A stretch of DNA of 64,000 nt from Candidatus Versatilivorator sp. (GCA_965207735.1 OZ242296.1:128001-192000), one strand, 5' to 3'. Shown: positions 27,900 through 38,985, counted from the stretch's first letter. Translations and numbers: made by a program. Notes: generated by a model from the sequence alone, not told the origin.

Positions 27900-28883
27900 G
27901 TGCCCAGCGTCATGATCTTCATCCAGTTTCTGCAAGACCCGAACGGCCCCCATGTGAGCCTGCTGAGGGAGGCCGGGCTGGAGGTCCGTTTCCCTCCCAG
28001 GCCGGACATCTCGGACGAGAAGGAAACCATCCGGGTGCTGCAGGGGATCTCGGCCACCATCGCCGGGGGAGAGCCCTACAGCCGGCCGGTAATGGCCGCA
28101 CTGCCGGATTTGAGAGTGATCTCCCGCTGGGGGGTGGGTGTCGACCGCATCGACATGGAGGCGGTGACCCGTGGCAACGTGGCGGTCACCATCACCCCCA
28201 CCACCAACTACGAGGCAGTGGCCGAACATGCGGTGGCGCTGCTGTTGGCAACGAGTCGTTTTCTGGTTCAGAGGAACGACGAAATCCACCGGGGTCTTTG
28301 GAAGCGGAAGTGTTCGCTGCCCCTTCGGGAAAAGACGCTGGGCGTGATCGGATTGGGGCGTATCGGCCGGAGCGTGGCCGTGCGGGCCAAGGCCTTCCGG
28401 ATGCGGCTGCTGGCCCACGAGGCCTTTCCGGACCGGGACTTCGCTCGGAAACACGACATCGAGCTGGTGGATTTGGACACCCTGCTGGCGTGTTCCGACT
28501 ACGTCAGCCTGCACGTGCCCCTGACAGAGGAGACCCGCGGCCTGATCAACCGGCAGACGATTTCACGGATGAAACAGGGAGCCCTCCTGGTCAACACCTC
28601 CCGCGGTGGTCTGGTGGTCGAGGAGGACCTGGTGGATGCATTGAAGAGCGGTCGGCTGGGCGGGGCCGGACTGGACGTCTTTGTGCAAGAGCCCATCCAG
28701 AGGGACCATCCCTTGCTGGAACTGGACAACGTCCTGGTCAGCGATCACACGGCCGGCATCGACACCCGCTCGGTGGAGGACATGGCCGTGGAGGCAGCCC
28801 GGAACATCGTGGAGCTTTACCGCGGGGGATGGCCGGCCTCGGCGGTGGCCAATCCCGCCGTGCGTGAAACCTGGAAGTGGTAA
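27900..28883 (+). CDS. D-isomer 2-hydroxyacid dehydrogenase (phosphoglycerate dehydrogenase-like)
   Basis: 'GVGVDRID', 'GLGRIG', 'NTSRG', 'LDVF..EP', 'HTAG'. Confidence 0.92.
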   Translation: MPSVMIFIQFLQDPNGPHVSLLREAGLEVRFPPRPDISDEKETIRVLQGISATIAGGEPYSRPVMAALPDLRVISRWGVGVDRIDMEAVTRGNVAVTITPTTNYEAVAEHAVALLLATSRFLVQRNDEIHRGLWKRKCSLPLREKTLGVIGLGRIGRSVAVRAKAFRMRLLAHEAFPDRDFARKHDIELVDLDTLLACSDYVSLHVPLTEETRGLINRQTISRMKQGALLVNTSRGGLVVEEDLVDALKSGRLGGAGLDVFVQEPIQRDHPLLELDNVLVSDHTAGIDTRSVEDMAVEAARNIVELYRGGWPASAVANPAVRETWKW

Positions 28884-28939
28884 GGCCGTCCAGAGGACAC
28901 CAATATCCGCCAAGGGAGCCGGCGCCGAGACAAAAGAGA

Positions 28940-28990
28940 TATCCACGAAGGGACACGTAGGACGACGAAGGGGCACGAAGAACGACCAAA
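28940..28990. repeat. CACGAAG-periodic repeat arm
   Basis: tccacgaagggacacgtaggacgacgaaggggcacgaagaacgac, between convergent genes. Confidence 0.75.
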
Positions 28991-29007
28991 ATTGCTGATC
29001 TGAGAGC

Positions 29008-30372
29008 TCACTCCGCAGCAGCGTTCCGGGCCAGGGAGGCGCGGATGATCTCCCGGTCGTTGCGGGCGAAGATGTGCCGGTTGGCGTAGGCGGGGTGGGA
29101 CCAGTTGACGGCGCCGGCCTGGCGCCGCCCAATCCCCATGCGGGAGGTGGGAGCGATCAGATGGGTCCGGTCGATCTCCTGGTAGCCTGAAGGCGACAGC
29201 CTGGCGATGATCAGCTCGCCCCGGTCGTTGGAAATGAAGTATCGGTCCCCGTGGCGGACCAGAAAGGCCGTGGCCCAGCGAGCCTTTTCCCCGGTCACCG
29301 CCAGCGTCTCCCACAGCCGTTGGCCGGTGGCGGCGCTCAGACCCCTGAGGTGTCCATAGCTACAGACCCCATAGAGGGTGTCCCCGTCGATCACCGGCGT
29401 GCTGATGAGGGAGTGAAGCGTGTCGGTATCGATCTCGCTGTCGCTCTTGCCGCGCCAGATCAGTTGGGCCGTCGGGGACTGCCGATCCAGATCCAGCATC
29501 ATGGATCCGTTCACGAAGGCGCTGACCAGCAATCGCGAGCCACTGAACACGGGGGTGGCCACCGAAAGGCCCTTGTCCGACCGAAAGGGCTGCTGCCAGA
29601 GGAGCTCGCCGGTTCGGGGAGCGAGGGCGCTCACCGCCTTGGGATGCCAGACGATCAGTTGACGGCGTCCGCCGGCTGAGATGAGGATCGGGGGGGCGTA
29701 ACCGGGTTCCGAGTCCGAAGGCAGCGCCCGCCAGAGCTCCCGGCCGGTCTGCTTGTCGAAGGCTACCACCTTGGCTCCCTCCCGCCCACCCACCAGGGCA
29801 ATCAGGCGAGGGCCGTCCACCAGGGGAGCACCCACCATGCCCCAGACGGGGACCTCGGTTCCATAATCCCGCACGAAGTCCTTTTGCCACAGGATCTCGC
29901 CGCTGTCGGTACGGAGGCAATAGAGCGCCCCCTTGGCTCCCAGGACGTAGACTCGACTGCCGTCTACGGTGGGAGTGGCCCGGGGACCGATGGCATAGCT
30001 TCCGGACAGCCCCGTGTAGTCGGCCTTCCAGGAGCGGCTCCAGAGTTGGCGACCGCTGGTCTCGTCCAGGGCCAGCAGGCGTTCGGTTCCCTTGCGGGCG
30101 GTTTCGGCCAGAAAATCCAGTACGAAGACGCGACCCTCGGCCACGGCGGGGCCGGCGTAGCCGCTGCCCAGAGGCTGCCGCCATTTCACCTGCAGGCCCG
30201 ACGGGGGAAATCGCTGCAGAATGCCGTCTTCGCGCCAGACTCCCCCTCGTCCCTCGCCCCGCCATTCGGGCCAGTCGGCGGCCCAGCTCGGAGCAATCAG
30301 CCAGGTCGCCAGCAGGAGCAGGGCGGAACCGGACCTTTGGAAAGGGAAGGGAACTCTCATGGTGTCTTGCAT
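29008..30372 (-). CDS. Secreted PQQ-binding-like beta-propeller protein
   Basis: Signal peptide, 'DWPEWRG', 'GPRATPTV', Trp-docking repeats, 'WSHPAYANR'. Confidence 0.9.
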   Translation of the reverse strand: MQDTMRVPFPFQRSGSALLLLATWLIAPSWAADWPEWRGEGRGGVWREDGILQRFPPSGLQVKWRQPLGSGYAGPAVAEGRVFVLDFLAETARKGTERLLALDETSGRQLWSRSWKADYTGLSGSYAIGPRATPTVDGSRVYVLGAKGALYCLRTDSGEILWQKDFVRDYGTEVPVWGMVGAPLVDGPRLIALVGGREGAKVVAFDKQTGRELWRALPSDSEPGYAPPILISAGGRRQLIVWHPKAVSALAPRTGELLWQQPFRSDKGLSVATPVFSGSRLLVSAFVNGSMMLDLDRQSPTAQLIWRGKSDSEIDTDTLHSLISTPVIDGDTLYGVCSYGHLRGLSAATGQRLWETLAVTGEKARWATAFLVRHGDRYFISNDRGELIIARLSPSGYQEIDRTHLIAPTSRMGIGRRQAGAVNWSHPAYANRHIFARNDREIIRASLARNAAAE

Positions 30373-30402
30373 GGACTCTTGCCGGAGGCGCGGGGACGAA
30401 TT

Positions 30403-31308
30403 TCAGCGCATATGCCAGGGTATGGTCAGGGGCTTGGCGCCGTTCAGCTCGGCGTACCCGATCCCCGTGGTCCCCTTGGGGTCGGGGCCGAAGTAGCGGT
30501 CGTCCAGGGGATCGGCGGCCGGCTGAAAGCGAATGTCACAGGAGAGCCGCACCCGCCCGGCCTGCGACCGGTTGTCCAGGGAGCCGTGCAGGGTGTGCAT
30601 GCCGAAGGCTACCAGATCTCCCGGGCCGAAATCGGCGGTCAGGAGCTTGACCTGACGCTGCCGGGCCAGCTCCACCGGGTGGGGGTCCACCATCACTTTG
30701 GGTGAAGAGGTGGAGTTGTAGTCGATGGCGCGAGCCCTTTCGATCAGGTCCGAGAACCGATTGGAGCCCTCGACCACCACCAGCGGACCCTCCTCGACGG
30801 TCACTTCGCCCAGGGCCAGCCACACGGTGTGAACCCGCTGCGAGCCCCTGGCAAAGAAGGGATGGTCGTAGTGAAGGCCGGTGGAGCGGCCAGGGACGGC
30901 CACCCGGAGGAAGATGTAGTCCTGGGGCCTGCTGGGCGCTCCCAGCACCCGGTCCATGATCCCGCGAAGCTGCCCGCCGTGGGTCACTTGCCGAATCGCC
31001 GGGCCTTCGCTGACCGACTTCCAGAAGGCGCCCAGTCCCTCCGGCCGCTCCTGCCTCCGGCTGGTCCCGGTAAAGATGCCCTCGATGGCCGGAGGATGGA
31101 TCTCGCCCACCTCCACCAGGGCTTCCAGGATCTCCTGGCGCGCGGCCATTACCTGCTCGTAGTCCAGCGCCTGTCGCAGCAGCAGGTATCCCTCGTTCCG
31201 GAGCCGCCGCTGCAGCTCGGTGGGATCGTCCAGGCAGGAAGAACTGTCGCTCAGCTCGCCAACGATTTCGGGGGGAATTTCCTGTTCCTGGACCACACAC
31301 TCTGGCAT
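30403..31308 (-). CDS. Phytanoyl-CoA dioxygenase (PhyH) family Fe(II)/2OG enzyme
   Basis: 'EGYLLLR', 'LHYD', 'TVWLALG', 'LHGSLDN', 'RLSCDIRFQ'. Confidence 0.9.
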   Translation of the reverse strand: MPECVVQEQEIPPEIVGELSDSSSCLDDPTELQRRLRNEGYLLLRQALDYEQVMAARQEILEALVEVGEIHPPAIEGIFTGTSRRQERPEGLGAFWKSVSEGPAIRQVTHGGQLRGIMDRVLGAPSRPQDYIFLRVAVPGRSTGLHYDHPFFARGSQRVHTVWLALGEVTVEEGPLVVVEGSNRFSDLIERARAIDYNSTSSPKVMVDPHPVELARQRQVKLLTADFGPGDLVAFGMHTLHGSLDNRSQAGRVRLSCDIRFQPAADPLDDRYFGPDPKGTTGIGYAELNGAKPLTIPWHMR

Positions 31309-31486
31309 TGGGGGCACCTCTTCGTTTCGTGGGAGGGCAATTGTATCCGGAAACCCCGGAGAGAGAAAGCAGAACCGCCGATGCTTCCCGCCGGCCATTG
31401 CGGGTATGGCTTCTCCCGGGGTATGCTGGTGTCTCAAGGTTGATGGCGGTTTTTCCATCGCGGCCTGATTCCAGGGAGATTTGGCG

Positions 31487-32812
31487 ATGTTTGACAGAGG
31501 CTCAAGGTCCGGTCCCCAAGTGCCGCCGGCACGGTGGTCCGGACCGGCCATCGGCGCGGCGAGGTCGGGGTTGCTGTCCTGGGTGGGTGCATTTCTGCTC
31601 GCCCTGACGGGCGCCGCCCATGTCGGGGCTGAGGATCGGCAGCCGGGGTTGGCTCCGGCGGAACTGTCGGGGATGCAGTTCAGCCTCGACGGGATGAGCT
31701 CGGAGGGAATCCGTGAGGGCCACACGTTGCTCTTCCGCGACCAGGTGGAGTTCAATGCCAGCAGGACCGTGGCGGAGGACGCTCGCCTGGACGATTCCGG
31801 GAGCTACGCCTACCGGAGGACAGGGCCAGACACGGCAACCCTGACAACCACCTCCGCAGATCCCGGTCGGGAGACCTGCAGCACCCTCCTCAACTTCACT
31901 TCGGCCACCACCGGCATCTACACGAGTTGGTGCCATCAGGGCGTCAGCAGCACCGGGCAGTTTCAACTGGCGGTAGAGGACCCCTTCTGTGCTTCCCTAT
32001 GGGACGGCTTGCCCTGCGCCAGCGTGGCCAATTTGCCCCAGGTCTACCTGGGGCCGGTGGCGGAAAGCACCGCCACCACCGAAGTCGTCATCGCCAACAG
32101 CGATCCCAATCCCAGCTCCTGCGAGGTTGCCCTGCTGTTTCACCAGGGCACTTCAGAGGGTTCGGCAGTATCGTTCAACGGCCAGCCCATGGACCGGAAC
32201 CTCTTCCAGGCCGCCATTCCCAGGGAAGGCGCCGAGATCGTGACCTTGACCGCTCCCGAGGCGCAGGACCTGGTGACCGGAGCTGTCTATGTGTACGCCA
32301 GATCTCCCTGTACGGCTGCATCCCTGCAAGTCCAGGGACGTTCCCTGATCGAGAACCGAAATAATGGCGAGATCGAGGAACTGGTGTCGGTCGCCGGCCA
32401 GGCCCCCCGGGACTGGCTGGGGGATGGGGATTGCCGGGTCCTGACCGGTGTTTTCGGCAACGGGCGCAACCTCCGCCTGGCCTCGGTCACCAGTCAGCCC
32501 GGAAGCGCCGCTCCCGCCGGCGCCGCGCTTCGGTTCCGCGCCTTCGACCTGAACGGGAAGCTCACCGGCAACGCCACCAGCCTGGCTGTTTCCGGGTCCC
32601 GGCATTCCTCCGAGCCCTGGGAATTCTCCGAACCCCGGATCATCGAAATGTGTCTGGAAATTCCGGGGACCAGCAACTTTCGGACCGCCCTCATGGCTTT
32701 CGCCTCCAAGACGACCGGCCGAAAAACCCAGATGACCGAGGCGAGCTTCGCGGACGCCTACCGTGTGGGAGACCTCACCGCCTGGTCGGCCGCCGCTTCC
32801 GGTGGGAATTGA
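31487..32812 (+). CDS. Secreted beta-rich hypothetical protein
   Basis: Signal-like hydrophobic stretch, beta-strand-rich, several Cys. Confidence 0.65.
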   Translation: MFDRGSRSGPQVPPARWSGPAIGAARSGLLSWVGAFLLALTGAAHVGAEDRQPGLAPAELSGMQFSLDGMSSEGIREGHTLLFRDQVEFNASRTVAEDARLDDSGSYAYRRTGPDTATLTTTSADPGRETCSTLLNFTSATTGIYTSWCHQGVSSTGQFQLAVEDPFCASLWDGLPCASVANLPQVYLGPVAESTATTEVVIANSDPNPSSCEVALLFHQGTSEGSAVSFNGQPMDRNLFQAAIPREGAEIVTLTAPEAQDLVTGAVYVYARSPCTAASLQVQGRSLIENRNNGEIEELVSVAGQAPRDWLGDGDCRVLTGVFGNGRNLRLASVTSQPGSAAPAGAALRFRAFDLNGKLTGNATSLAVSGSRHSSEPWEFSEPRIIEMCLEIPGTSNFRTALMAFASKTTGRKTQMTEASFADAYRVGDLTAWSAAASGGN

Positions 32813-32831
32813 ATGGGAAGGGAATGCTCCC

Positions 32832-35447
32832 TCACTCCCCATCCGCCTCGCCGGCCAACCGTTCGTAGACGCGCCTGGCCTGATCGAACTGCCCCAGAAC
32901 GTGGTTTTTCTCAGCCGATGATCTCCAATCCGGCCACTCCGCCGCCTGCTGCTTCAACCGGTCGATCCATCGCATGAAGTACTCGGCCGAACGCCGGCTG
33001 CGAATCTTGCCGTTGCCGACGTAGACCCGGATGGCATTGGTGGAAGCCATGGGGTAGCCGGTCTCCAGGGGACGGGAACGGCGGGGTCCGGTGGCCGTCA
33101 GGCTGAACCATCCGCTTTTCCTCACCTCGATCGCCTCCTCGATGGAAACCTCCGACTGCCCTTCGGTGAGAGAGAACTCCTTGAGCACCTCGCCGTTGCG
33201 ATAGAGGGTCACCCTTTCCAGGGGGGCGATGGACCGGACCCTGGCCCGCAGACGGATGGTTCCGCCTTCCTCCGGCAGTTCCATTTTTTCCCCGGGAATC
33301 CGGTCGCCGATGCGAAAGTCCAGCAGCGGACCGCTGCTGAAGAAGGTCCTTCCCTGCCGGACAGACTCGATCCAGGATTGAGCCGTCAGCTTGCCCTTCA
33401 GGTGGGCGTAGGTGCGGACGGCCCCCGGCAGGCTGGATCGGTGCAGGTCGGTAATGGCGTCCTCGCCCCCCACCGGCGTGATGCCCAGGTCGTTGTTCAA
33501 CGTGTGGTGCCAGACGCGCAGGGTGGCCGAGTTGGGCGAGGACCACTCCAGGGTGTCGACTGTGCCCAGGGCCGCATCCACCGGGAATGTCCTGGCGTGG
33601 GTCAGACCCTTTTCCAGGGGATCGGTCTCGCCGCCATAGGCGTGGACGTATCCGACCAGGGCCCCTTGAGCCCTGGCCTTGCGAAACATGTCGGTGTTGC
33701 TGGGATAGAGGCTCTCGATGCCGGTGCCTTCGTAGCCGGTGGTGAAGGGCGAGATGAGATGGTCTCGAAGTCCCAGCAGCGAGACGTGGCCGTGAAAGGG
33801 GGGGCGGTACTCCTCTCCCACGATCACCACCAGGTCGGGATCCGACATGGAGACCGGGTGTTCGATCCGGTTGGGAACGAAAGCGTCCCAGTCCAGGATG
33901 CGGTTGTCCTTGTTGGCGATCAGCTCGCAGACCACATCCTGATCCTCGGCTCTGGCCAGGAACATCAGGTTCTCCAGCGTATTCCGCAGGTTTCCGCCGT
34001 AGTTCATGTGTACGTGGGTGGATCCGCTGAACCATCCCCGCGCGGCCATATCGACCATCGGCGACAGCACCAGGCTGACCCGGGAGACCTCGCCGGCCCG
34101 GATCTCCACCTCCTGCCGGGCGGGCCGGTACTCCAGCCCCTTGACCGCCTCGAGAGTCATTTTCCCCGGCGGCAGGGTCATCTCGAATTCTCCGCCGGTA
34201 TGGAAGAGAGGCTCTCCCGAGATGCTGATGCGAGCGTAGCTGTCTCCGGGGGGGTAGAGCTTTCCGTCAGCCGCTTTCGCGTAGATCCGGGCAGCCGTCC
34301 GGCGGCCGGTGCTCCGGTCCCGCACCTCCCCCCGGAGGATGCCCATGGGGCGCTTCCAGTGGTATTCCCGAGGCTGCACCCTCTCCTTGCGGCCGCCGTA
34401 GGTCTCCATCAGCCACAACTGGGGTAAACCGGGGCCGGATGGAAACGGGGGCTGGTTTGAGATGTAGGCGATCCGCTCTCCGTCCGGGGACCAGCGGGGA
34501 TGGAAGTGGTCGTAAGCGCCGAAGGTCAGCTTGTAGGGCGCCCCGCCGGTGACGGGGAGCACGTAGAGGTGGTTGAACTGGTCGGCAGCCCCGCCGGTGG
34601 AGGAGTAGACAAAGCGCTTTCCGTCGGGAGAGAGGTGGGGGCGGGTGCGGTAGAGGCTCTGCTCGTTCAGGACGGGCTCGGCATTGTCCATGCCCGGCCG
34701 GTCGATCGGCATGCGCCACACGTGTCCCGATCCCAGGGGGACGCCCCGGTTGGAAAGCAGGAGCAGCTCTTTTCCGTCCGGGCTCCAGGCGGGTTGAATG
34801 TGCATGTCCCATTCCCCGAAGTAGAGGCGCGTTTTCCCGTAGGAATGGTCCCGGGTGAGCGCGGTGGCCGGCCCGGCCCAGCGCCCCTCCCGGATGGGAC
34901 GCACGTAGATGTTGAAGTACCCGCTGGGTTCGGTGGAGACGTAGGCCAGCCGGTCTCCCTCGGGGGAAAACACCGGATCGGCGTAGAGGTGGGCGTCGTC
35001 GGTCAGGGTGTGGGAAAGCCCCGTTTCCAGGTTCAGGATCTGAAGCTGGATGGTGCGGCCCCCGTGATCGGCGGTGTAGACGATCCACCTGCCGTCCGGG
35101 GACCAGTCGGGAGACGAGTGATAGTGCCTATCGTAGGTCAGTTCAAAGGCTTCCGAGCTCGCCAGGTCGATCCGCCAGATGGAGCCCTGAAGGCCGACCG
35201 CGATCTGCTGGCCGTCGGGAGACCAGGCGGGGGCCCAAGCCGTGGACGAAGGCGCCGGCGGGAGGTAGTAGTTGTGCATGTAGCCACCGCCTTGCCTGGC
35301 GGCGGAATAGGTCCCGCCGGGCCGGGGCGTAGCTTGCCGAGCTGCGTCCGGGGTTTGAGGGGAGCGGGAGCAGCCGGTAGAGGCCAGTCCTCCCAGGGCC
35401 AGCAACAAGACCCAGAAGAGATGAGACAACCGAGGTGCCGGGTTCAT
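32832..35447 (-). CDS. PD40/TolB-like propeller fused to CehA/McbA-type (PHP-like) metallohydrolase, probable lipoprotein
   Basis: Lipobox-like 'LASTGC', several 'PAWSPDG' repeats, 'WFSGSTHVH', 'GEEYRP'. Confidence 0.85.
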   Translation of the reverse strand: MNPAPRLSHLFWVLLLALGGLASTGCSRSPQTPDAARQATPRPGGTYSAARQGGGYMHNYYLPPAPSSTAWAPAWSPDGQQIAVGLQGSIWRIDLASSEAFELTYDRHYHSSPDWSPDGRWIVYTADHGGRTIQLQILNLETGLSHTLTDDAHLYADPVFSPEGDRLAYVSTEPSGYFNIYVRPIREGRWAGPATALTRDHSYGKTRLYFGEWDMHIQPAWSPDGKELLLLSNRGVPLGSGHVWRMPIDRPGMDNAEPVLNEQSLYRTRPHLSPDGKRFVYSSTGGAADQFNHLYVLPVTGGAPYKLTFGAYDHFHPRWSPDGERIAYISNQPPFPSGPGLPQLWLMETYGGRKERVQPREYHWKRPMGILRGEVRDRSTGRRTAARIYAKAADGKLYPPGDSYARISISGEPLFHTGGEFEMTLPPGKMTLEAVKGLEYRPARQEVEIRAGEVSRVSLVLSPMVDMAARGWFSGSTHVHMNYGGNLRNTLENLMFLARAEDQDVVCELIANKDNRILDWDAFVPNRIEHPVSMSDPDLVVIVGEEYRPPFHGHVSLLGLRDHLISPFTTGYEGTGIESLYPSNTDMFRKARAQGALVGYVHAYGGETDPLEKGLTHARTFPVDAALGTVDTLEWSSPNSATLRVWHHTLNNDLGITPVGGEDAITDLHRSSLPGAVRTYAHLKGKLTAQSWIESVRQGRTFFSSGPLLDFRIGDRIPGEKMELPEEGGTIRLRARVRSIAPLERVTLYRNGEVLKEFSLTEGQSEVSIEEAIEVRKSGWFSLTATGPRRSRPLETGYPMASTNAIRVYVGNGKIRSRRSAEYFMRWIDRLKQQAAEWPDWRSSAEKNHVLGQFDQARRVYERLAGEADGE

Positions 35448-35544
35448 GATCGAGCCTTTCTTTTCGATCCTGATTGAATCCGGCCAGTCTATTACAACCG
35501 TTTCCGACTGCGGCCGCTTTTTACCGGGGTCGCGCCCGCCGAGG

Positions 35545-36800
35545 CCGCGGGCTTGTCTTGCCTGAAACAACCGAAAAAAGACAAAAGACAAAAGACAAAA
35601 GACTTATCCACGAAGGAGCACGAAGAACGACGAAGGGGCACTAAGGCGCTGAGGTTGGCCGCGACGGGGTACCAAGTTCGCGAAGGGATGGTCGATTTCC
35701 GATTGTTTCACTCTCGTATGATCCGCACGGCAGGGCGGGGGCCCGGCTTGTCTGAAACAACCGAAAAAGAGTGATCCACGAAGACACACGAAGGACAACG
35801 AAGGACACAAGGGACAAAGAGGATTTGTCCGCGAAGAAGCCACAAGGACCGCGACGGAGCCAGTGGGGGGGCTTCCGACCCCATCGTGATTTAAAGAGAT
35901 CATTAACATCGATGCACGGGATTCACAGGATTCTTCAGGAAATGGCTGGCTTCTAATGCCGGGAATCCGCAAGTCCGCACCGGATCTTCGCCCGAGTTGG
36001 CTTCTGGTGCAGGAAGCTCTCGTCCTGTCAATCTTGTGCATCCTGTGCATCCATGTTCAATTCTTAGTCCTTCTCGATTGATCTTCCCCGTGGCGGGTCT
36101 TGGCCGTGCCCAACGCCCCGATTCCCAGTCAGCGTCCCGTGCAGCGGCCTCTGGTCCTATTAATCCTGTCTCTTTCCAAAACGCAAACAGCTGGCTGTTT
36201 CTCCTCTGAATGATCCGCCTGGCACGGCGGGGGCCCGGCTTGTCTGAAACAACCGACAAAAGACAAAGAAAAAGACTTATCCACGAAGGGGCACGAAGAA
36301 CGACGAAGGGGCACTAAGGCGCTGAGGTTGGCCGCGACGGGGTACCAAGTTCGCGAAGGGTTGATCGATTTCTGATTGTTTCACTCTATGTATGATCCGC
36401 ACACCAGGGCGGGGGCCCGGCTTGCCTGAAACAACCCTGTTTCACCCTCGGATGATCTGCCCGACAGGGCAGGGGCCTCGCTTGTCTGAAACAAAGGAAA
36501 AAAGACAAAAGAAAAAGAGGAACCCACGAAGGGGCACGAAGGACCACGAAGGGACACGAAGGCGCTGAGGTTAACCGCGACGGGGTGCCAAGGTCACGAA
36601 GGGATGATCGTTTTCCGATTGTTTCACCCTTGTTTGATCCGCCCCGGGGTAGGGTGGCGGGGCCGGGCTCGCGGACAAACGGGAGTTTTCCAAAGGGCGC
36701 CGGTCGGCTTTCAGAGAAGTCGCCCGCCGGATACGCTCCATCGCACCATCGGGACGACCCACCCGGGAGTGCGGGCGGGACGCCCACGCTCCCGGGTGGG
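35545..36800. repeat. Composite intergenic repeat cluster
   Basis: About three copies of a ~190-bp unit (cttgtctgaaacaacc...ccacgaaggggcacgaagaacgacgaagg...tgatccgcacggcagggcgggggcc), (AAAGACA)n run, GATGCACAG element at 35905-36057, REP-like arm. Confidence 0.88.
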
Positions 36801-37040
36801 CATTCTCCCCTGACGCCGTGACACCAACGCCACAATAGTGCAGAAGCACCCGGGATCCGCTCCAAAATGACGTCAAAGCCGCGCCTCAGATTCTGCACCC
36901 TTGCCACGATCACACCCCCGGTAAGAGATGCGGGCTCGCCAAACGGCGCCCGGTTCCCGGCGTTTTCCGGTTGGCCTGATGGAAGGTCTGGGATATCTTC
37001 AAGGCAGCCGGGGACAGTGGCGGTGGGTTGGGGAGGCGAC

Positions 37041-38375
37041 ATGATCCTGAGAGCCTGGATGCGTTCGAGCCTGATGCGGGGTCTGGCGTGCGGGGCGCTG
37101 ACTGCCTTGGCAGCGCTTCCGCTTTGGATGGGGAGTGAAACCGGTCCAACCGAGGCTGCTCTGTCTTCCGCCATTGCGGGCATTCCGGGGACCGGACCGG
37201 CGGCTTCGTCAAGGGCCGAGGGATGGACCGACTTCAGGGGGCCGAGGCGCGACGGCCACTATCGGGAAACCGCTATCCGCACCCGTTGGCCCGAGCAGGG
37301 CTTGAACCCCCTCTGGCGTCGAACCGTCGGCGGCGGATATGCCTCCCTGGTTCTGGCCAAGGGTCGGGGCTTTACCATTGAGCAGCGCGGCGCGCAGGAA
37401 GTGGTAGCGGCTTATGATTTGCGGACGGGGGATGAGATCTGGACTCATTCCTGGGAGGCTGCTTTCGAGGAGTCCCTGGGCGGGGACGGGCCCCGGGCCA
37501 CGCCCACCTGGCACCAGGGCCGGATCTTTGCGCAGGGAGCCACCGGAGAGTTGCGCTGTCTGGACGCTTCCGAGGGGCGATTGATCTGGTCTCGAAACAT
37601 TCTGCAGGACAATAGGGCCAGGAACCTGACCTGGGGTGTGTCGGCCTCGCCCCTGATCGTGGAAGAAAAGGTCATTGTGCTGCCGGGAGGCTCCGGTGGC
37701 AGATCGGTGGCGGCCTACCACAAGGAGACGGGGAATGTCTTGTGGAAATCGCTGAGCGACAAGCAGGCCTACACCTCTCCCATGTGGGTTACCCTGGCCG
37801 GTCAACCCCAGCTTCTGATCGTGAGCGCCAAGCGGATGATGGGGCTCGCCGCCGAGGACGGATCGCTCCTGTGGGACTTCCCCTGGATCACCGACTATGA
37901 CGTCAACGTCGCCCAACCGATCCTGTTGGGAGAGGACCGGGTCTTCATCTCGGCGGGCTATGGCCATGGCGCGGCGGTGGTGCAGGTGAACCGGACGTCC
38001 GGGGGATTTGCGGCGAGCGCCCTTTGGCAGAATCGCCGCATGAAGAACAAGTTCACCAGCTCTGTGCTGAAAGACGGATTTATCTACGGGTTGGACGAAG
38101 GCATCCTTGCCTGCGTCCAGGCCGGGACCGGGGAGCTCAGGTGGAAAGGCGGGCGCTACGGGCACGGGCAGCTTCTTCTGGCCGGGGACCACCTGATTGT
38201 CCTGACCGAGTCGGGCGACCTGGCGCTGGTCAAGGCCGATCCCGAGAGGCAGCAGGAGTTGGCCCGGTTTCCCGCGATTCAGGGCAAGACCTGGAATCAC
38301 CCGGCCATGTCGGAAGGACTGCTTCTGGTCCGCAACTCGCGTGAGATGGCCTGCTTCGACCTGGCTTTGAGATAG
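37041..38375 (+). CDS. Secreted PQQ-binding-like beta-propeller protein
   Basis: 'WTDFRGPRRDG', 'GPRATPT', 'YTSP', 'TWNHPA'; start approximate. Confidence 0.88.
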   Translation: MILRAWMRSSLMRGLACGALTALAALPLWMGSETGPTEAALSSAIAGIPGTGPAASSRAEGWTDFRGPRRDGHYRETAIRTRWPEQGLNPLWRRTVGGGYASLVLAKGRGFTIEQRGAQEVVAAYDLRTGDEIWTHSWEAAFEESLGGDGPRATPTWHQGRIFAQGATGELRCLDASEGRLIWSRNILQDNRARNLTWGVSASPLIVEEKVIVLPGGSGGRSVAAYHKETGNVLWKSLSDKQAYTSPMWVTLAGQPQLLIVSAKRMMGLAAEDGSLLWDFPWITDYDVNVAQPILLGEDRVFISAGYGHGAAVVQVNRTSGGFAASALWQNRRMKNKFTSSVLKDGFIYGLDEGILACVQAGTGELRWKGGRYGHGQLLLAGDHLIVLTESGDLALVKADPERQQELARFPAIQGKTWNHPAMSEGLLLVRNSREMACFDLALR

Positions 38376-38379
38376 CGTC

Positions 38380-38913
38380 ATGGCCAAGGCCCGGTCCATT
38401 GTCGAGGCGCTGTGCAGGGCGGGTATCACCGACGTCGTGGGGCTCCCCGACAACAGTTCGGCGGCCCTGTTCGCCCTGCTGAAGGATGGCGGGGAACCGG
38501 TCATCCGCCGGGTCACCCGCGAAGGGGAGGCTTTCGCCATGGCCGCCGGGCTCTGGATGGGAGGCCGAGCCCCGGCCGTCCTGATTCAGAACACCGGCCT
38601 GCTGGAGAGCGGGGACAGCTTTCGCGGCACGGTCCTGCGCATGAGGATTCCCCTTCTCTGTCTGATCACCTTTCGGGGCTATGCCACGCTGGAACGCTTC
38701 GGACCCCTCCCGGAGAAGCCGGACGGGCGTCTGCTGAGCCGTCCCGACCTGGACTCGGCGGCGGTGCTTACCGAGCCCACCTTGCAGGCCTGGGGATTGC
38801 CCTTCGACTACCTCCATGGCGACCAGGACGTCGCCAAGGTCAACGCCTCGGTTGAGAGGGCCCATCGCCTGTCGACTCCGGTCGCCCTTCTGGTGACGCG
38901 GGAGATGACTTGA
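38380..38913 (+). CDS. Sulfopyruvate/phosphonopyruvate decarboxylase alpha-subunit-like (ThDP Pyr domain)
   Basis: 'GLPDN', 'TREGEAFAMAAGLWMGG', 'IQNTGLLESGD'. Confidence 0.82.
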   Translation: MAKARSIVEALCRAGITDVVGLPDNSSAALFALLKDGGEPVIRRVTREGEAFAMAAGLWMGGRAPAVLIQNTGLLESGDSFRGTVLRMRIPLLCLITFRGYATLERFGPLPEKPDGRLLSRPDLDSAAVLTEPTLQAWGLPFDYLHGDQDVAKVNASVERAHRLSTPVALLVTREMT

Positions 38914-38985
38914 GATTGAGCTCGCCGTGAGCCGTTCCGCCCCCTTCCGACGCCCTCCCTTGCATCCTGCCTCCCGGGAGGCACC

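Noticed and set aside
35545-36800. Possible CRISPR array
   Set aside because: Units are long, degenerate and irregular with conserved interiors; no unique spacers and no cas genes
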